Of a stretch of DNA of 64,000 nucleotides, positions 42,540 to 55,394 are shown one piece after another. Each line of letters begins with the position of its first letter. Position 1 is the stretch's first letter. Origin of the DNA: Octopus vulgaris (lineage: Eukaryota); assembly GCA_951406725.2 (NCBI GenBank), contig OX597835.1, forward strand, positions 38,378,001-38,442,000. Direction: 5' to 3'. The notes below the pieces were generated by a model. The model saw nothing but the letters and a program-made list of their open reading frames with translations, made no database searches and was not told where the DNA came from. A program made the translations under genes and the position numbers.

Positions 42540-43015
42540 TAGGGAAGCAAAGGTAAACTAAGACTGGTATTTATTCACTCTTAACCCTTTACTTGTTCAA
42601 ATAATTTTTCCTAAGTTTGTCCGTGCTTGTTTCCAGAATTGTCCGTGCTTGTTTCCATGCTTGTTTCCAGAATTTTAGTCTGATCCTGTTCCACACATTC
42701 CGAGCAATATAAAGCTTTCGTTTCACAATTCTCAAGTTTCTGTGGCAGATGAAAATAATTGGGAATTTGTGGCATATATGATGTATGGATGCCAAAGAAA
42801 TATGGGCTCTGAATTATACGTGATGCCCAGGAGAGGCAAGAAGGCTTAATTAAGATTGGGGTTAAACCACGCTTAACGCCTTTGCTTGCCCCAAATATTT
42901 TCATAGATTTATTCTAAATGTCCAGACATTTGTTTTCGGATATTTAGTTAGCCCTTGTTTCGTACGTTGTGTAACATAAAGCTTTCTTTTCATTAGTCGA
43001 CAATTACATTAGTTG

Positions 43016-43507
43016 TTGTTTGTCCCTTCTCGAGCCATGCCTGGCTCATAAGGGCCGGTTTCCCGGTTTCTTGGCGTATAGGTTCTCCACCTGGACGGGA
43101 CGCCGGTCCATCACAGGTGAGCTGCAAGATGCAGGAGGAAAGAGTGAGAGAAGGTTGCGGCGAAAGAGTCAGCTGAAGTTTCGCCATTGCCTTCTTCCGG
43201 AACCGAGTGGAGCTTAGGTGTTTCGCTCATAAACACACATATCGCCCGGTCTGAGATTCGAACCTACGATCCCTCGACCGCGAGTCCGCTGCATCATATA
43301 TGATACACATTCCCGATGTTATTCACCCACTAAAGTAATTGTGGAGGCACATGGCCTAGTGGTTAGAGCAGCGGACTCGCGGTCGAGGGATCGTGGGTTC
43401 GAATCTCAGATCGGACGATGTGTGTGTTTATGAGTGAAACACCTAAGCTCCACGCAGCTCTGGCAGAAGGTAATGGCGAAACTTCTGCTGACTCTTTCGC
43501 CACAACT
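43016..43507. mobile_element. Two divergent C-head SINEs (43016-43292 -, 43341-43507 +)
   Basis: Match to 21447-21720 in both orientations. Confidence 0.8.
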
Positions 43508-44042
43508 GTGATACACAGGATAGGCAAAGAGTTAATGTAAAAAAAAACAGACATATTATATTATTAAAACGACACTAGGAACGAAAACAACAAATCAAAA
43601 TCAAACGGTTGTTTCTGCTCGAGATATGTAGGCGAGACATCTCCGAAATTTTAATTAATAAACCGTATAAATTAATTAAGATTTCTTTAAAAGTTAAATT
43701 AATTATGCTAGCGTCTGCTTTATTATAAAATTTTCATGCAGTTGGTATTTCAAGTTGCAGATACTCTTCCTATCAGACTGAGTGTTTGAGGATATCCTGC
43801 TTTCCATAAACCGGATGCGACTGTGTAAAAATGATAATGCTTGTAACAACATAAGAATAAAAATATTATTCAATATTTGCTGATATACATAAAAGGAAAA
43901 ACTCATATCCATATATACATACATAGAAATATGCATAAATATATATGTGTGTGTATTTGTGAGAATATATGTATATATAAGGGTATACATGCAGACGTTT
44001 ATATATGTGTTTATGTTGTATGTATAAATACATGTTTATGCT

Positions 44043-44440
44043 GTAGGAGTGGCTGTGTGGTAAGTAGCTTGCTTACCAACCACATGGTTCCGGGTTCAGT
44101 CCCACTGCGTGGCACCTTGGGCAAGTGTCTTCTACTATAGCTCCGGGCCGACCAATGCCTTGTGAGTGGATTTGGTAGACGGAAACTGAAAGAAGCCCGT
44201 CGTATATATGTATATGTATATATATATATGTGTGTATATGTTTGTGTGTCTGTGTTTGTCCCCCCAACATCGCTTGACAACCGATGCTGGTGTGTTTACG
44301 ACCCCGTAACTTAGCGGTTCGGTAAAATAGACCGATAGATTGAGCACTAGGCTTACAAAGAATAAGGCCCGGGGTCGATTTCCTCGACTAAAGGCGGTGC
44401 TCCAGCATTGCCACAGTCAAATGACTGAAACAAGTAAATG
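44043..44440 (+). mobile_element. SINE family A
   Basis: Family motifs. Confidence 0.9.
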
Positions 44441-44724
44441 AGAAAATGAGAATGCGTATGTATATGTACGTGTGTATGTTTTTGCGTGAGTGTGCGTATG
44501 TGCTAATGTGTTTTCGTGTGAGAGAACTCTTCTGTAATATAAACAGACGTTGTATTTCTAAACGTCGGTTTTGATCTGTTGGGCTGTGGAACGAATTCTT
44601 ACATGAGCTGGCTAAAAATAATGACTGTTAATCCTGCAAATTAGGCCCGCTGAGATCTCAAGTGGAAACCAGATGAGTGACGTTAAGTGACATTTAGAAT
44701 GCATGAGAACATCTTTCAAATTTC

Positions 44725-45045
44725 CGTGTAACAATTTGACTGTGTCGACAAGTCGAAATTAGTTCAGTCCTTTACTTTTTTGCTTCGATAGAATCAAACC
44801 ATTGAATGCTTTAGAGTTTTTCTTGTAAGGTAAATTTCCTATATCTTTGATACATTCATAAATGCTGGTACATTTTAATACTGCCCATGTAATATTGATA
44901 GCCTGTTCTTTGTCTCTTCATTCATTTCAAATGTGCTTCAAGAGACCTGTGGTCCCCTCTCTGTGCGCATGGCGAATTATGCTATTATACTAATGGTAGC
45001 GACATTTGAAGAAGTGTTCCACTTTGATCTGTATATAAACGGATT
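44725..45045 (-). pseudogene. Decayed PLE GIY-YIG endonuclease and C-terminus
   Basis: Minus-strand pieces FFKCRYH, TTGLLKHI, NITWAVLK and RTELISTCRH. Confidence 0.7.
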
Positions 45046-45186
45046 GACTACTGCTCGTTTCACTGGGTTTTGTCAAATGATGCCGATACACAATGAATGT
45101 TGAAAATCGATTAAGGGCTCTTCATTAATTTATCAATCTTCGGAGTAATAGGGAAATTTGACATTTATATGATTACAACATAAGTT

Positions 45187-45225
<39 letters not shown>

Positions 45226-45589
45226 TCACACATGACACACATACTCACACACATATAAATTCATTCATTCATCATTACACGTGTTTCATTTGCAAATAGG
45301 AATTACAAATCTGTATATGCAGTAAAAAAAATTCAAGATATTTTAAGACAGAAAATCAAATGATAAGACACACACAGAAACACACACACACACACGCACA
45401 CGCGTGCGCGCGCGCGTACGCACATTTACTTGCAATTCTTCGATATCTCCCATTCTTCTAAACTCAGCTGCAATCTTCACTAGAGCAATCACCACTATTC
45501 CAAGCAAGTCAGATATATGTATATACGAATGCATCTATCTATCTATCTATCTAACTCTCTCTCCCCTCCTCTCCGTCTGTCTGTCTGTC

Positions 45590-45697
<108 letters not shown>

Positions 45698-46020
45698 AAT
45701 AAATAAAAAAAATGGGACAAGAATGCAAAACATCAGGACAACTAGGTGATACAAAAAGGGACAACAAAGCATCCAGATAGACGATACAAAAAAAAACAAG
45801 GACGGGTCATTCAAAGCCCCTCTCTCCTCAGTCAAGCACCAGATTATCCTCGCAATTTCGGCTGATTAATCTTGAGATTGCCCCAATCTGGCCAGCCTCA
45901 AAGAAAAACTAAGCTAAGAGCATTAGATTCCTTGGAAAGCAGCGAATGTATACAAAAACAAGGACGGAAAAATCGGACATGTAGACATACATACATATAT
46001 AAAAATACATACATACATAT

Positions 46021-46400
46021 GGAAGCACTCCGTCGGTTACGACGACAAGGGTTCCGGTTGATCCGATCAACGGAACAGCCTGCTCATGAAATTAACGTGT
46101 AAGTGGCTGAGCACTCCACAGACACGTGTACCTTTAACGTAGTTCTCGGGGATATTCAGCGTGACACAGAGAGTGAAAAGGCCGGCCCTTTGAAATACAG
46201 GTACAACAGAAACAGGAAGTAAGAGTGAGAGAAAGTTGTGGTGAAAGAGTACAGCAGGGATCACAACCATCCCTGCCGGAGCCTCGTGGAGCTTTAGGTG
46301 TTTTCGCTCAATAAACACTCACAACGCCCGGTCTGGGAATCGAAACCGCGATCCTATGACCGCGAGTCCGCTGCCCTAACCACTGGGCCATTGCGCCTCC
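46021..46400 (-). mobile_element. SINE family C, full length
   Basis: Reverse match to 24258-24641; ACATACATAT on both flanks. Confidence 0.92.
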
Positions 46401-46415
46401 ACATACATATGTGTA

Positions 46416-46522
<107 letters not shown>

Positions 46523-46643
46523 CAAAATCAAGGAACGGCCATAATAGGCCATTCACCCACTAGAAATAACAGCCAAAGCTTCAACCGCAAAACAACATTA
46601 ATTCCGCAAACCAGGAGAAAATTAAAAAAACATTTACCCTGTA

Positions 46644-46750
46644 GTTCTTTATACGATGCACCGTTTCATCTATTGTTTAATGGTAAACTAACCTGATTAA
46701 ATTAAATCAAGCTAGTCTTCCATAGGCCGATAGATTCGTCAGTAAAGAAC
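46644..46750 (-). ncRNA. Type I hammerhead ribozyme, copy 3 (inverted)
   Basis: Reverse complement of 46997-47103. Confidence 0.9.
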
Positions 46751-46996
46751 GGCCAGATCGGAGCCGATATTTACACGAGGCACTTCTATCACTGTCTCGG
46801 CAATATCTGACCTAAAATTTTCAAATCATCGCACTCGCGCCAAATTTATCGGCAGCAAATATAAGCCGCCGATTCCATTACGGAATTAACCAGAAAATTC
46901 ATAATTAATCAATATATATGATTTGAAAATTTTAGGTCAGATATTGCCGAGACAGTGATAGAAGTGCCTCGTGTAAATATCTGCTCCGATCTGGCC

Positions 46997-47103
46997 GTTC
47001 TTTACTGACGAATCTATCGGCCTATGGAAGACTAGCTTGATTTAATTTAATCAGGTTAGTTTACCATTAAACAATAGATGAAACGGTGCATCGTATAAAG
47101 AAC
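46997..47103 (+). ncRNA. Type I hammerhead ribozyme, copy 1
   Basis: Stem I GTTCTTTA/TAAAGAAC; core CTGACGA 47005-47011; stem II closed by ATCTAT/ATAGAT; GAAA 47080-47083; stem III CGGTGCATCG; GUA triplet 47093-47095. Confidence 0.9.
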
Positions 47104-47481
47104 TACAGGGTAAATGTTTTTTTAATTTTCTCCTGGTTTGCGGAATTAATGTTGTTTTGCGGTTGAAGCTTTGGCTGTTATTTCTAGTGGGTGAATGGCC
47201 TATTATGGCCGTTCCTTGATTTTGCTGTTGAATTTATAAATGGTCTATGACTATTTAATTTTTTCCCACTAGGCCGCTGGTGGCAAAAAGAATTCTACGA
47301 AATTTTTTGCCACCCTATATTGATTAATTATGAATTTTCTGGTTAATTCCGTAATGGAATCGGCGGCTTATATTTGCTGCCGATAAATTTGGCGCGAGTG
47401 CGATGATTTGAAAATTTTAGGTCAGATATTGCCGAGACAGTGATAGAAGTGCCTCGTGTAAATATCTGCTCCGATCTGGCC

Positions 47482-47588
47482 GTTCTTTACTGACGAATCT
47501 ATCGGCCTATGGAAGACTACCTTGATTTAATTTAATCAGGTTAGTTTACCATTAAACAATAGATGAAACGGTGCATCGTATAAAGAAC
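47482..47588 (+). ncRNA. Type I hammerhead ribozyme, copy 2
   Basis: Same motif 485 nt downstream: CTGACGA 47490-47496, GAAA 47565-47568, GUA 47578-47580; one substitution in distal stem II. Confidence 0.9.
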
Positions 47589-47807
47589 TACAGGGTAAAT
47601 GTTTTTTTAATTTTCTCCTGGTTTGCGGAATTAATGTTGTTTTGCGGTTGAAGCTTTGGCTGTTATTTCTAGTGGGTGAATGGCCTATTATGGCCGTACC
47701 TTGATTTTGCTGTTGAATTTATAAATGGTCTATGACTATTTAATTTTTTTCCCACTAGGCCGCTGGTGGCAAAGAATTCTACGAAATTTTTTGCCACCCT
47801 ATATTGA

Positions 47808-47963
<156 letters not shown>

Positions 47964-48634
47964 ATATTTATATATAGCTCGCGGAGGCTTCGGCATAGTG
48001 CACAATGCCATTTTCTATGCATTTTCTTTCAAGATGTCATAGCTACCTCACTTTCGCCATATTTGGTTTCTTACCTTTGTATTGTGGTTCTCAACATCAC
48101 TATATGTGGTTTCCATGTAAATATAGCACATGCTTAAGCTGTTTCTCGTGAATTAGTTAACCTTTGTTCAGGTTAATATAGTCCAAATTACATTACACAA
48201 AGTATCGTTTTTAGAAAGGTTGCGCTGGGTTTGAGGGAGATTTGGCAATTACATCCATCAGGTCGAATGACAGTTTAAGGGGTAGTATTTTCCTTTCTAT
48301 GTATCAGACGCCGGAAGTTAAAATAATCATCAACTGCATCGGTTTCTCTAGTCTGAAGGTGTGTATAAATATTTACGGTAACTGCTTTTCTCCTTGTATC
48401 ACTAGCGCTACCACCACGACCACCACCACCAGCGACGCCTCCGCCATCTCCTCATCCATTTGTGCGTGTGTGTGTGTGAGAGAGAGAGAGAAAGAGAGTG
48501 AGAGAGTGAGAGTATATTTAGGTGTGAGTGTGTGAGTTTGAATGTGTACACGAAGCTATACACTGTTACCTGACAAACGTGTATTCTGATTCATTTAAAA
48601 GTAAAAAAACGTATACATTACACAAACATGTATC

Positions 48635-48722
<88 letters not shown>

Positions 48723-49020
48723 CACACACATATATATATATATATATAAATACGCAAACGCATACATATGAATGTTGAAATTTTGCTCACGCATGTGTTT
48801 GTGTGTAGAGGTACACAGAGACACAAACACATATATGTATAATATATATATATCGAAAACTAAAAGCGGGTGCACAACACCGTATTGGTGGATAAATACT
48901 CTTTATTTGCGAGTTAGCAAGGCCACCAATGGTTTCATGTCGAGAGAAATTTCAACACATGAGTCCTTGGTGCTCGTCTCCAGCTTGTTAGTCCACGAAT
49001 AATATATATATATATATATA

Positions 49021-49378
49021 AGCGCAGGAGTGGCTGTGTGGTAGGTAGCTTGCTTAGCAACCACATGGTTCCGGGTTCAGTCCCACTGCTTGGCACCTTG
49101 GGCAAGTGTCTTCTACTATAGCCTCGGGCCGACTAAAGCCGTCTGAGTGGATTTGGTAGACGGAAACTGAAAGAAGCGCGTCGTATATATGTATACGTGT
49201 GTTTGTGTGTCTGTGTTTGTCCCCCAACATCGCTTGACTACCGATGCTAGTGTGTTTACGTCCCCGTAACATTAGTGGTTCGGCAAAAGAGACCAACAGA
49301 ATAAGTATTAGGCTTACAAAAGCGGTGCTCCAGCATGGCCGCAGTGAAATGACTGAAACAAGTAAAAGAGTAAAGAGT
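49021..49378 (+). mobile_element. SINE family A
   Basis: Family motifs with a 3' internal deletion. Confidence 0.9.
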
Positions 49379-49502
49379 ATAGAGAGAGTATGCAACAGTG
49401 AGATGTCGAGCATTCATTCTCATTATTCCATATCAGTGTGTGAGTGTGTGTGTGCATGTATATACATATATTTTTATGTATGTATGTATGTATGTATGTA
49501 TG

Positions 49503-49536
<34 letters not shown>

Positions 49537-50322
49537 TGTATGTATGTATGTATGTATGTATGTATGCACGTATTGCACGTAATTTCAGACGCGTAAATTT
49601 GATAACCACGCTTAACGATCATTTTTGTGAACTTAGTCTAATGGCTAACTCACAATTCTCTTGTCTGCAGAACCGACCTGCGAACGGCTCGACTATTTTC
49701 ACCTGGTTCTGTGGTTTATGAAAACAAACTCACGAGTAGGAATAAAACTATAAGAGCCGTGTCAAACAGTCAGATGTAACTAGTCCATCTGTTTTCTGTT
49801 CCCCGCTGCATAAATCTGTACCTTAACCATGGGGTATGTTTATACACCAAAAAATTTGATGTATATGAAATATGAGCTTGTAAATTTATTTACGATTTTC
49901 TCACACCCACTCACATTGCATCGGCGCCATGAATAATCAACAGAGTGCCAGTGATTGTGCAGGTATATGTAAATGAGTGTAATTACTGCATTTCTACCTT
50001 GAAGGTTTTCATTACGAGCGCGAAGCTAATTTTTTTTTTATAGAACAGAGTGGTGTATAAACTTATGATGAGCTGGCAAGCACCAGGCGAAACTATTCGC
50101 GCTGATTTCCGAGCCGTTCTGCAGAGAAGCTTTGTAGATTTATGATTTGAAATTTAAGTTTATTAAACATATATACGTAAGTGTATCTAAAATTTATTCA
50201 CGTTGTTCTGTTGCGGTAAGTTAGTTAAAACATACGCGCGCACACGCACACAGACGGACACACACATGCAGACACACATACAGTTACGCATACACATACA
50301 CAGAGACACATCAAGTAAAAGA

Positions 50323-50353
<31 letters not shown>

Positions 50354-50489
50354 TATAAAAACATGCGTACATAAGTACATACAAACGTATATACATACAA
50401 ACATATGTGCATACATGCATACATACAAACGTACATATAGGTGTGTGTGTATGTGTGTGCGTGTGTGCATGTGAGTGTGCGTATGTGAT

Positions 50490-50649
50490 GGGATTCTTTC
50501 AGTTTCCGTCAATCGAATTCCACTCACAAGGCTTTGGGTGGCCCGAGGTTATAGTAGACGACATTTACCCAAGGTGCTACGCAGTGGAACTGAACCCGGA
50601 ACCATGCGGTTGGGGAGCATACTTCTTAGCACACAGCCACACCTGCACC

Positions 50650-50650
<1 letters not shown>
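50490..50650 (-). mobile_element. SINE family A, 5' half
   Basis: Diverged reverse-strand match. Confidence 0.75.
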
Positions 50651-50707
<57 letters not shown>

Positions 50708-50972
50708 CATGCGGGAATGCGTGCGTGCGCGTATGTGTGTTTGTGAGTGTGCGTGTGTGTTTGGGTGGTCGGTAGTTGCCTCTTTCTTTTCTTTTCTTTT
50801 CTTTTTTTCATGTCGGTGAAGAATATTCCATTATTTTCCTATTATATGTATTAATGGTTTTAACACAATTACTTCCGGTTTATGTAATGTAGTACTTCCT
50901 TCCTCCAATTCTAAGATCGTTATCTCTCATTCCTGACATTTTTGTTTAGCAACATTATATAGCAGGCGGGCA

Positions 50973-51387
50973 GGCGGCGAGCTGGCAGAAACGTTAGCGC
51001 GCCGGGCGAAATGCTTAGCTGTATTTCGTCTGTCGTTATGTTCTGAGTTCAAATTCCGCCGAGGTCGACTTTGCCTTTCAACCTTTCGGGGTCGATAAAA
51101 AAAGTACCAGTTACGCACTGGGGTCGATGTAATCGACTTAATACCTATGTCTGTCCTTGTTTGTCCCCTCTATGTTTAGCCCCTTGTGGGTAGTAAAGAA
51201 ATAGGTATTGCGTCAGCCGCTACGTTCTGAGTTCAAATTCCGCCGAAGTCGACTTTGCCTTTCATTCTTTCGGGGTCGATAAATAAAGTACCAGCTTCGC
51301 AATGGGGTCGATGTAATCGACTTAATTCCGTTTTCTGTCCTTGTTTGTCCCCTCTATATTTAGCTCCTTGTGGGTAACAAAAATATA
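50973..51387 (+). mobile_element. SINE family B dimer with 17-bp TSD
   Basis: TATATA(G/A)CAGGCGGGCA at 50956-50972 and 51388-51404. Confidence 0.9.
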
Positions 51388-51480
51388 TATATAACAGGCG
51401 GGCAGGCGTGGCCGAGTGGTAATTGTAGGATCGCTTCGTTACCGCGTAGTGTTGCGTGTTCAATCCTACCGTGAGGAACT

Positions 51481-51720
51481 TTGTTGCAGTTATTTTCTAG
51501 AACGCTAGCCTGGTAATTTCTGGTAAACAAGCTTTGATCGTGTGCTGCCAGTATGAAGCCTTCAGTCTCTGCTTTCAATCCTAAACTCTTCAGCCACTGA
51601 TGGGTTGTTGATTGGTCTACATCAGCATTTTGGCTTCAGAGAATATATTGTCCATTCAGGGGCTTCTGGCTCCACCGCCTCTCAATTTGATTCTGCCCGT
51701 TCTTTTTTGCAGTCTGCTTG
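51481..51720 (-). pseudogene. R4/Dong-clade LINE fragment (region before the zinc knuckle)
   Basis: WSQKPLNGQY...THQWLKSLGLKAETEGFILAAHDQSLFTRNYQ. Confidence 0.85.
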
Positions 51721-52007
51721 ATTCGCTAGTTGACCCATTAGTTGAGTAAAACGTTTGCGGCTGAAAATTCCAACTTAAATGGTAAGTGTGAATCGACGCA
51801 CATCCCGCATCGTCACACAAACATAAACACACTCAGAAACTACGCGAAAATAACGAATTATCAAAGGAAAATAACGAATTATTAACCAGCATGCTTGAAA
51901 CATCGATGTCTGAGATTCCTTATAGATGGCGACATTGAACGGACTGGATGCTTTTACACAGTCTTACCATAAGAGAGATGTTTTTTACGCAATAAATGCA
52001 GTGCATT

Positions 52008-52244
52008 AATTTTTTATTTTATTGCCTACAAGGGGCTAAACTTAGAGGGGACAAACAAGGACAGACAAAGGGATTAAGTCGGTTGCATCAACCCCAGTGC
52101 GTAGCTGGTAATTTATTTATCGACCCCGAAAGGATGATAGGCAAAGTCGACCTCGGCGGAATTTGAACTCAGGACGTATCGACGGACGAAATAACGATAA
52201 GCATTTCATCCGTCATACTAACGATTCTGCCAGCTCACCGTAAT
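52008..52244 (-). mobile_element. SINE family B monomer with 11-bp TSD
   Basis: TGCAGTGCATT at 51997-52007 and 52245-52255. Confidence 0.9.
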
Positions 52245-52593
52245 TGCAGTGCATTTGCCTTTTAACAGTTGAAATATTTGACAAATATATTTCACCTTAA
52301 TTAATTCTGTTCATACATAAACACTGCTTAGCGCTAATAATTTATTTTCCTTCGATCGGGCGGTCTACTAGCGCAAATCAGTCAACATGTTGACTGAATT
52401 ATACAGAAAGCTGTAGCTTTGTAAGTCCGCTTAGAGTTGTCTCCCGTAGGTACATCTCATCGTAAATAGCCAACAAGCTTGAAACACCGATGCCTGAGAT
52501 TCCCAACAGATGGCGACACTGAACAGACTTGGTGTTTTCAAACCTTTTTTTGCCATAAGAAATTTTACCTCCACAGTAACTGCAGTGTATTAA

Positions 52594-53194
52594 GGCGGCG
52601 AGCTGGCAGAAACGTTAGCACGCCGGCCGAAATGCGTAGCCGTATTTTGTCTGCCGCTATGTTCTGAGTTTGAATTCCGCCGAGGTCGACTTTGCCTTTC
52701 ATCCTTTCGGGGTCGATAAATTTAGTACCAGTTAACGCACTGGGATCGATATAATCAACTTAATCCGTTTGTCTGCCCTTGTTTGTCCCCTCTGTGTTTA
52801 GCCCCTTGTGGGTTGTAAAGAAATAGGTATTTCGCCTGTCGTTACTTTCTGAGTTCAAATTCCGCCGAGGTCGACTTTGCCTTTCATCCTTTCGGGGTCG
52901 ATAAATTTAGTACCAGTTAACGCACTGGGATCGATATAATCAACTTAATCCGTTTGTCTGCCCTTGTTTGTCCCCTCTGTGTTTAGCCCCTTGTGGGTAG
53001 TAAAGAAATAGGTATTTCGTCTGCCGTTACCTTCTGAGGTCAAATTCCGCCGAGGTCGACTTTGCCTTTCATCCTTTCGAGGTCGATAAATTTAGTACCA
53101 GTTACGCACTGGGGTCGATATAATCGACTTAATCCGTTTGTCTGTCCTTGTTTGTCCCCTCTGTGTTTAGCCCCTTTTGGGTAGTAAAGAAATA
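52594..53194 (+). mobile_element. SINE family B trimer with 12-bp TSD
   Basis: 185-bp bodies start at 52641, 52826 and 53011; CTGCAGTGTATT at 52580-52591 and 53204-53215. Confidence 0.92.
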
Positions 53195-53509
53195 AGGAAC
53201 ATGCTGCAGTGTATTTGCCTTTAGCAGTTGAAATATGTGACAAACATATTTCAACTAACCTAAATTCTGCTCCTATTCTATTATGTTACATTGACTGAAA
53301 TTGCTGTAGTTAACATGAAATCCAGTTCAACATGTTGTGCATGGTCGGGTTGTCGGCTATTTATGAAGCATTTCTATCCAGCTTAATTCGGGAAGGGTGG
53401 ATGAGCTGAAACGAGTTAATGACCATCCAATAATGCGTATATATGCAGATTTAATATGTATGTCATTATGATTAGCGATATATTCGCTTTCCATTGAGAT
53501 GAAGGCACG

Positions 53510-53522
53510 AATAATAATAATG

Positions 53523-53602
<80 letters not shown>

Positions 53603-53645
53603 AAGAAATAGTAGTAGCAGCAGCAGCAGCAGCAGTAGTAGTAGC

Positions 53646-53692
<47 letters not shown>

Positions 53693-53699
53693 CAGTAGT

Positions 53700-53764
<65 letters not shown>

Positions 53765-53890
53765 ATGGAGAACTTGACGAAAGGGGAGAAGAAGAAGAAG
53801 TAGAAGAGAAGAAGAAGGAGAAGAAGAAGAAGAAGAAGAAGAAGAAGAAGAAGAAGAGAAGAAGAAGAAGAAGAAGAAGAAGAAGAAGAA

Positions 53891-53922
<32 letters not shown>
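53510..53922. repeat. Compound (TAA)(GAA)(TAG/CAG)(GAA) microsatellite
   Basis: Direct reading. Confidence 0.95.
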
Positions 53923-54482
53923 ACGTTGAAATTCAGAACTTCGAAGTTGGCCCCAGCAGGCTTGTGGGTGTGACATGTGCAAATGGCAAGGCTAGTAATA
54001 GCGATGCAGGGCAAACATATGGCGTGAGGTTTTAAGTCTTCCACTCACACCAAGATACACGGTACTTTGGGGTCTGGAGATCCCTTCAGTATTTTGGCAA
54101 TCCCTTGCTTTCCGGTAGAGGCACAGTCGTACTGAATTTATCTTTCTGTTGGGCATATTGTCTGAGAACAAATGGGACAGGTTGAATTGCGCACAGCTCT
54201 TCATTTAAAAAGCAAACCTTGAGCTAATCAAACATTTCTGTCTCGCTGATAAGACTGCGTGCTACATAAGCGACAACACCGAAGTAAGGATAAAATAACC
54301 TTGGTATCGTGGTTCCTACCTGCGGCAGTGAACTATCCCCTACAGGGGCAAAGAATATGTAGCTTACCCAAGACTGTGGCTGTTCTCTGAGATTCCACAA
54401 AACAGGAGCACAATTCGTCATCCTCATCTAAAGAATAACACAACAGTAATATAGACAAAGGTGAAGTTACCTTCTTGATTCA

Positions 54483-54702
54483 CAGGGGCGGGTTTCCAGG
54501 TTTCTATGGCGTATATATACTCCCCACCTGGATGGGACGCCAGTCCCTCACAGGATTACTCCTTTTTGCCTGCTGAGTGGACTGGAGCAACGTGAAGTGA
54601 AGTGTTTTGCTCAAGAACACAACGCATCGCCCGGTTTAGGAATCGAAACCACAATCTTACGATCCTATGTCCAACACCCTCACCACTAAGCCGCACGCCT
54701 CT
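54483..54702 (-). mobile_element. SINE with D-like core and alternative tail
   Basis: Matches 42322-42539. Confidence 0.75.
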
Positions 54703-55394
54703 ATTATCACAGCAGTCCCACTGCATATTAGAAAATTGAGAGACAAAGACGATACGATCAATTTATATTACATGAGTGATATTAAAACAAAGTGCCAGGA
54801 TTTAGGAATGGACAAAGTTGTGTAGAATTTGTCTTATAAGAAAACTCTACGTCATCGGCCGCCCTACTCCAATCATAAACAAAAGCGAACTAATTTCTAC
54901 CTGCCTACACGAGGTCAGATTCGTCTCGTAAATTTCAAAGATGCATCTAATTCGTGGTAAATGGCTATTGACTTCAATGTTCAAGTATTGATTTCATTGA
55001 TCTGGTATAAATGAGGGTATAGAGAGAAAGAGGTCGGCAGCCAAAACAGACAGGCAAGCTAAAACAAAACCCCACCTTATTATTATTATTATTACTGAGA
55101 GTGTTGAACAGGACAGAACCGGATTTGTTCGGTCATCAACGATTTGAAATGACAGGATCAACAAGAAAAGGAGGTGGAGACTGGTGCAGGTGAAGTTTTG
55201 AGTATCGGAGAAGACAGAAAGGTTAATTAGGACAGTGGGGATGTAAGTGGAAAGTGCAGGGTTGTTGCAGTTGGAACGAGCGATGAAACCGATTATCATT
55301 TAGCAGGACATCAAAAAATTGAAACCCACTAAAGATCAAGTTCTATTGTGTAGACTATTTTGTTGTTGTTGTTGTTGTTTTGTTTTGTTTTGTT

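Larger units (their letters stand above)
40700..43000 (+). repeat. Old diverged tandem repeat interrupted by SINEs; second cluster at ~60860-61740
   Basis: Motif CCCTTGTTTCATACGTTCTGAGTAATATAAAGCTTT..TTTCATAAG..AAGTTACTC recurs near 40866, 42131, 42684, 42951, 61313 and 61557. Confidence 0.65.

Noticed and set aside
45700-45990. Type II hammerhead-like order (GAAA...CTGAGGA) on the minus strand; similar case near 6070-6100
   Set aside because: Stems I and II could not be paired convincingly by eye.
52594-53194. CRISPR-like or satellite array
   Set aside because: Units are 185-bp SINE bodies with no unique spacers, in eukaryotic context.
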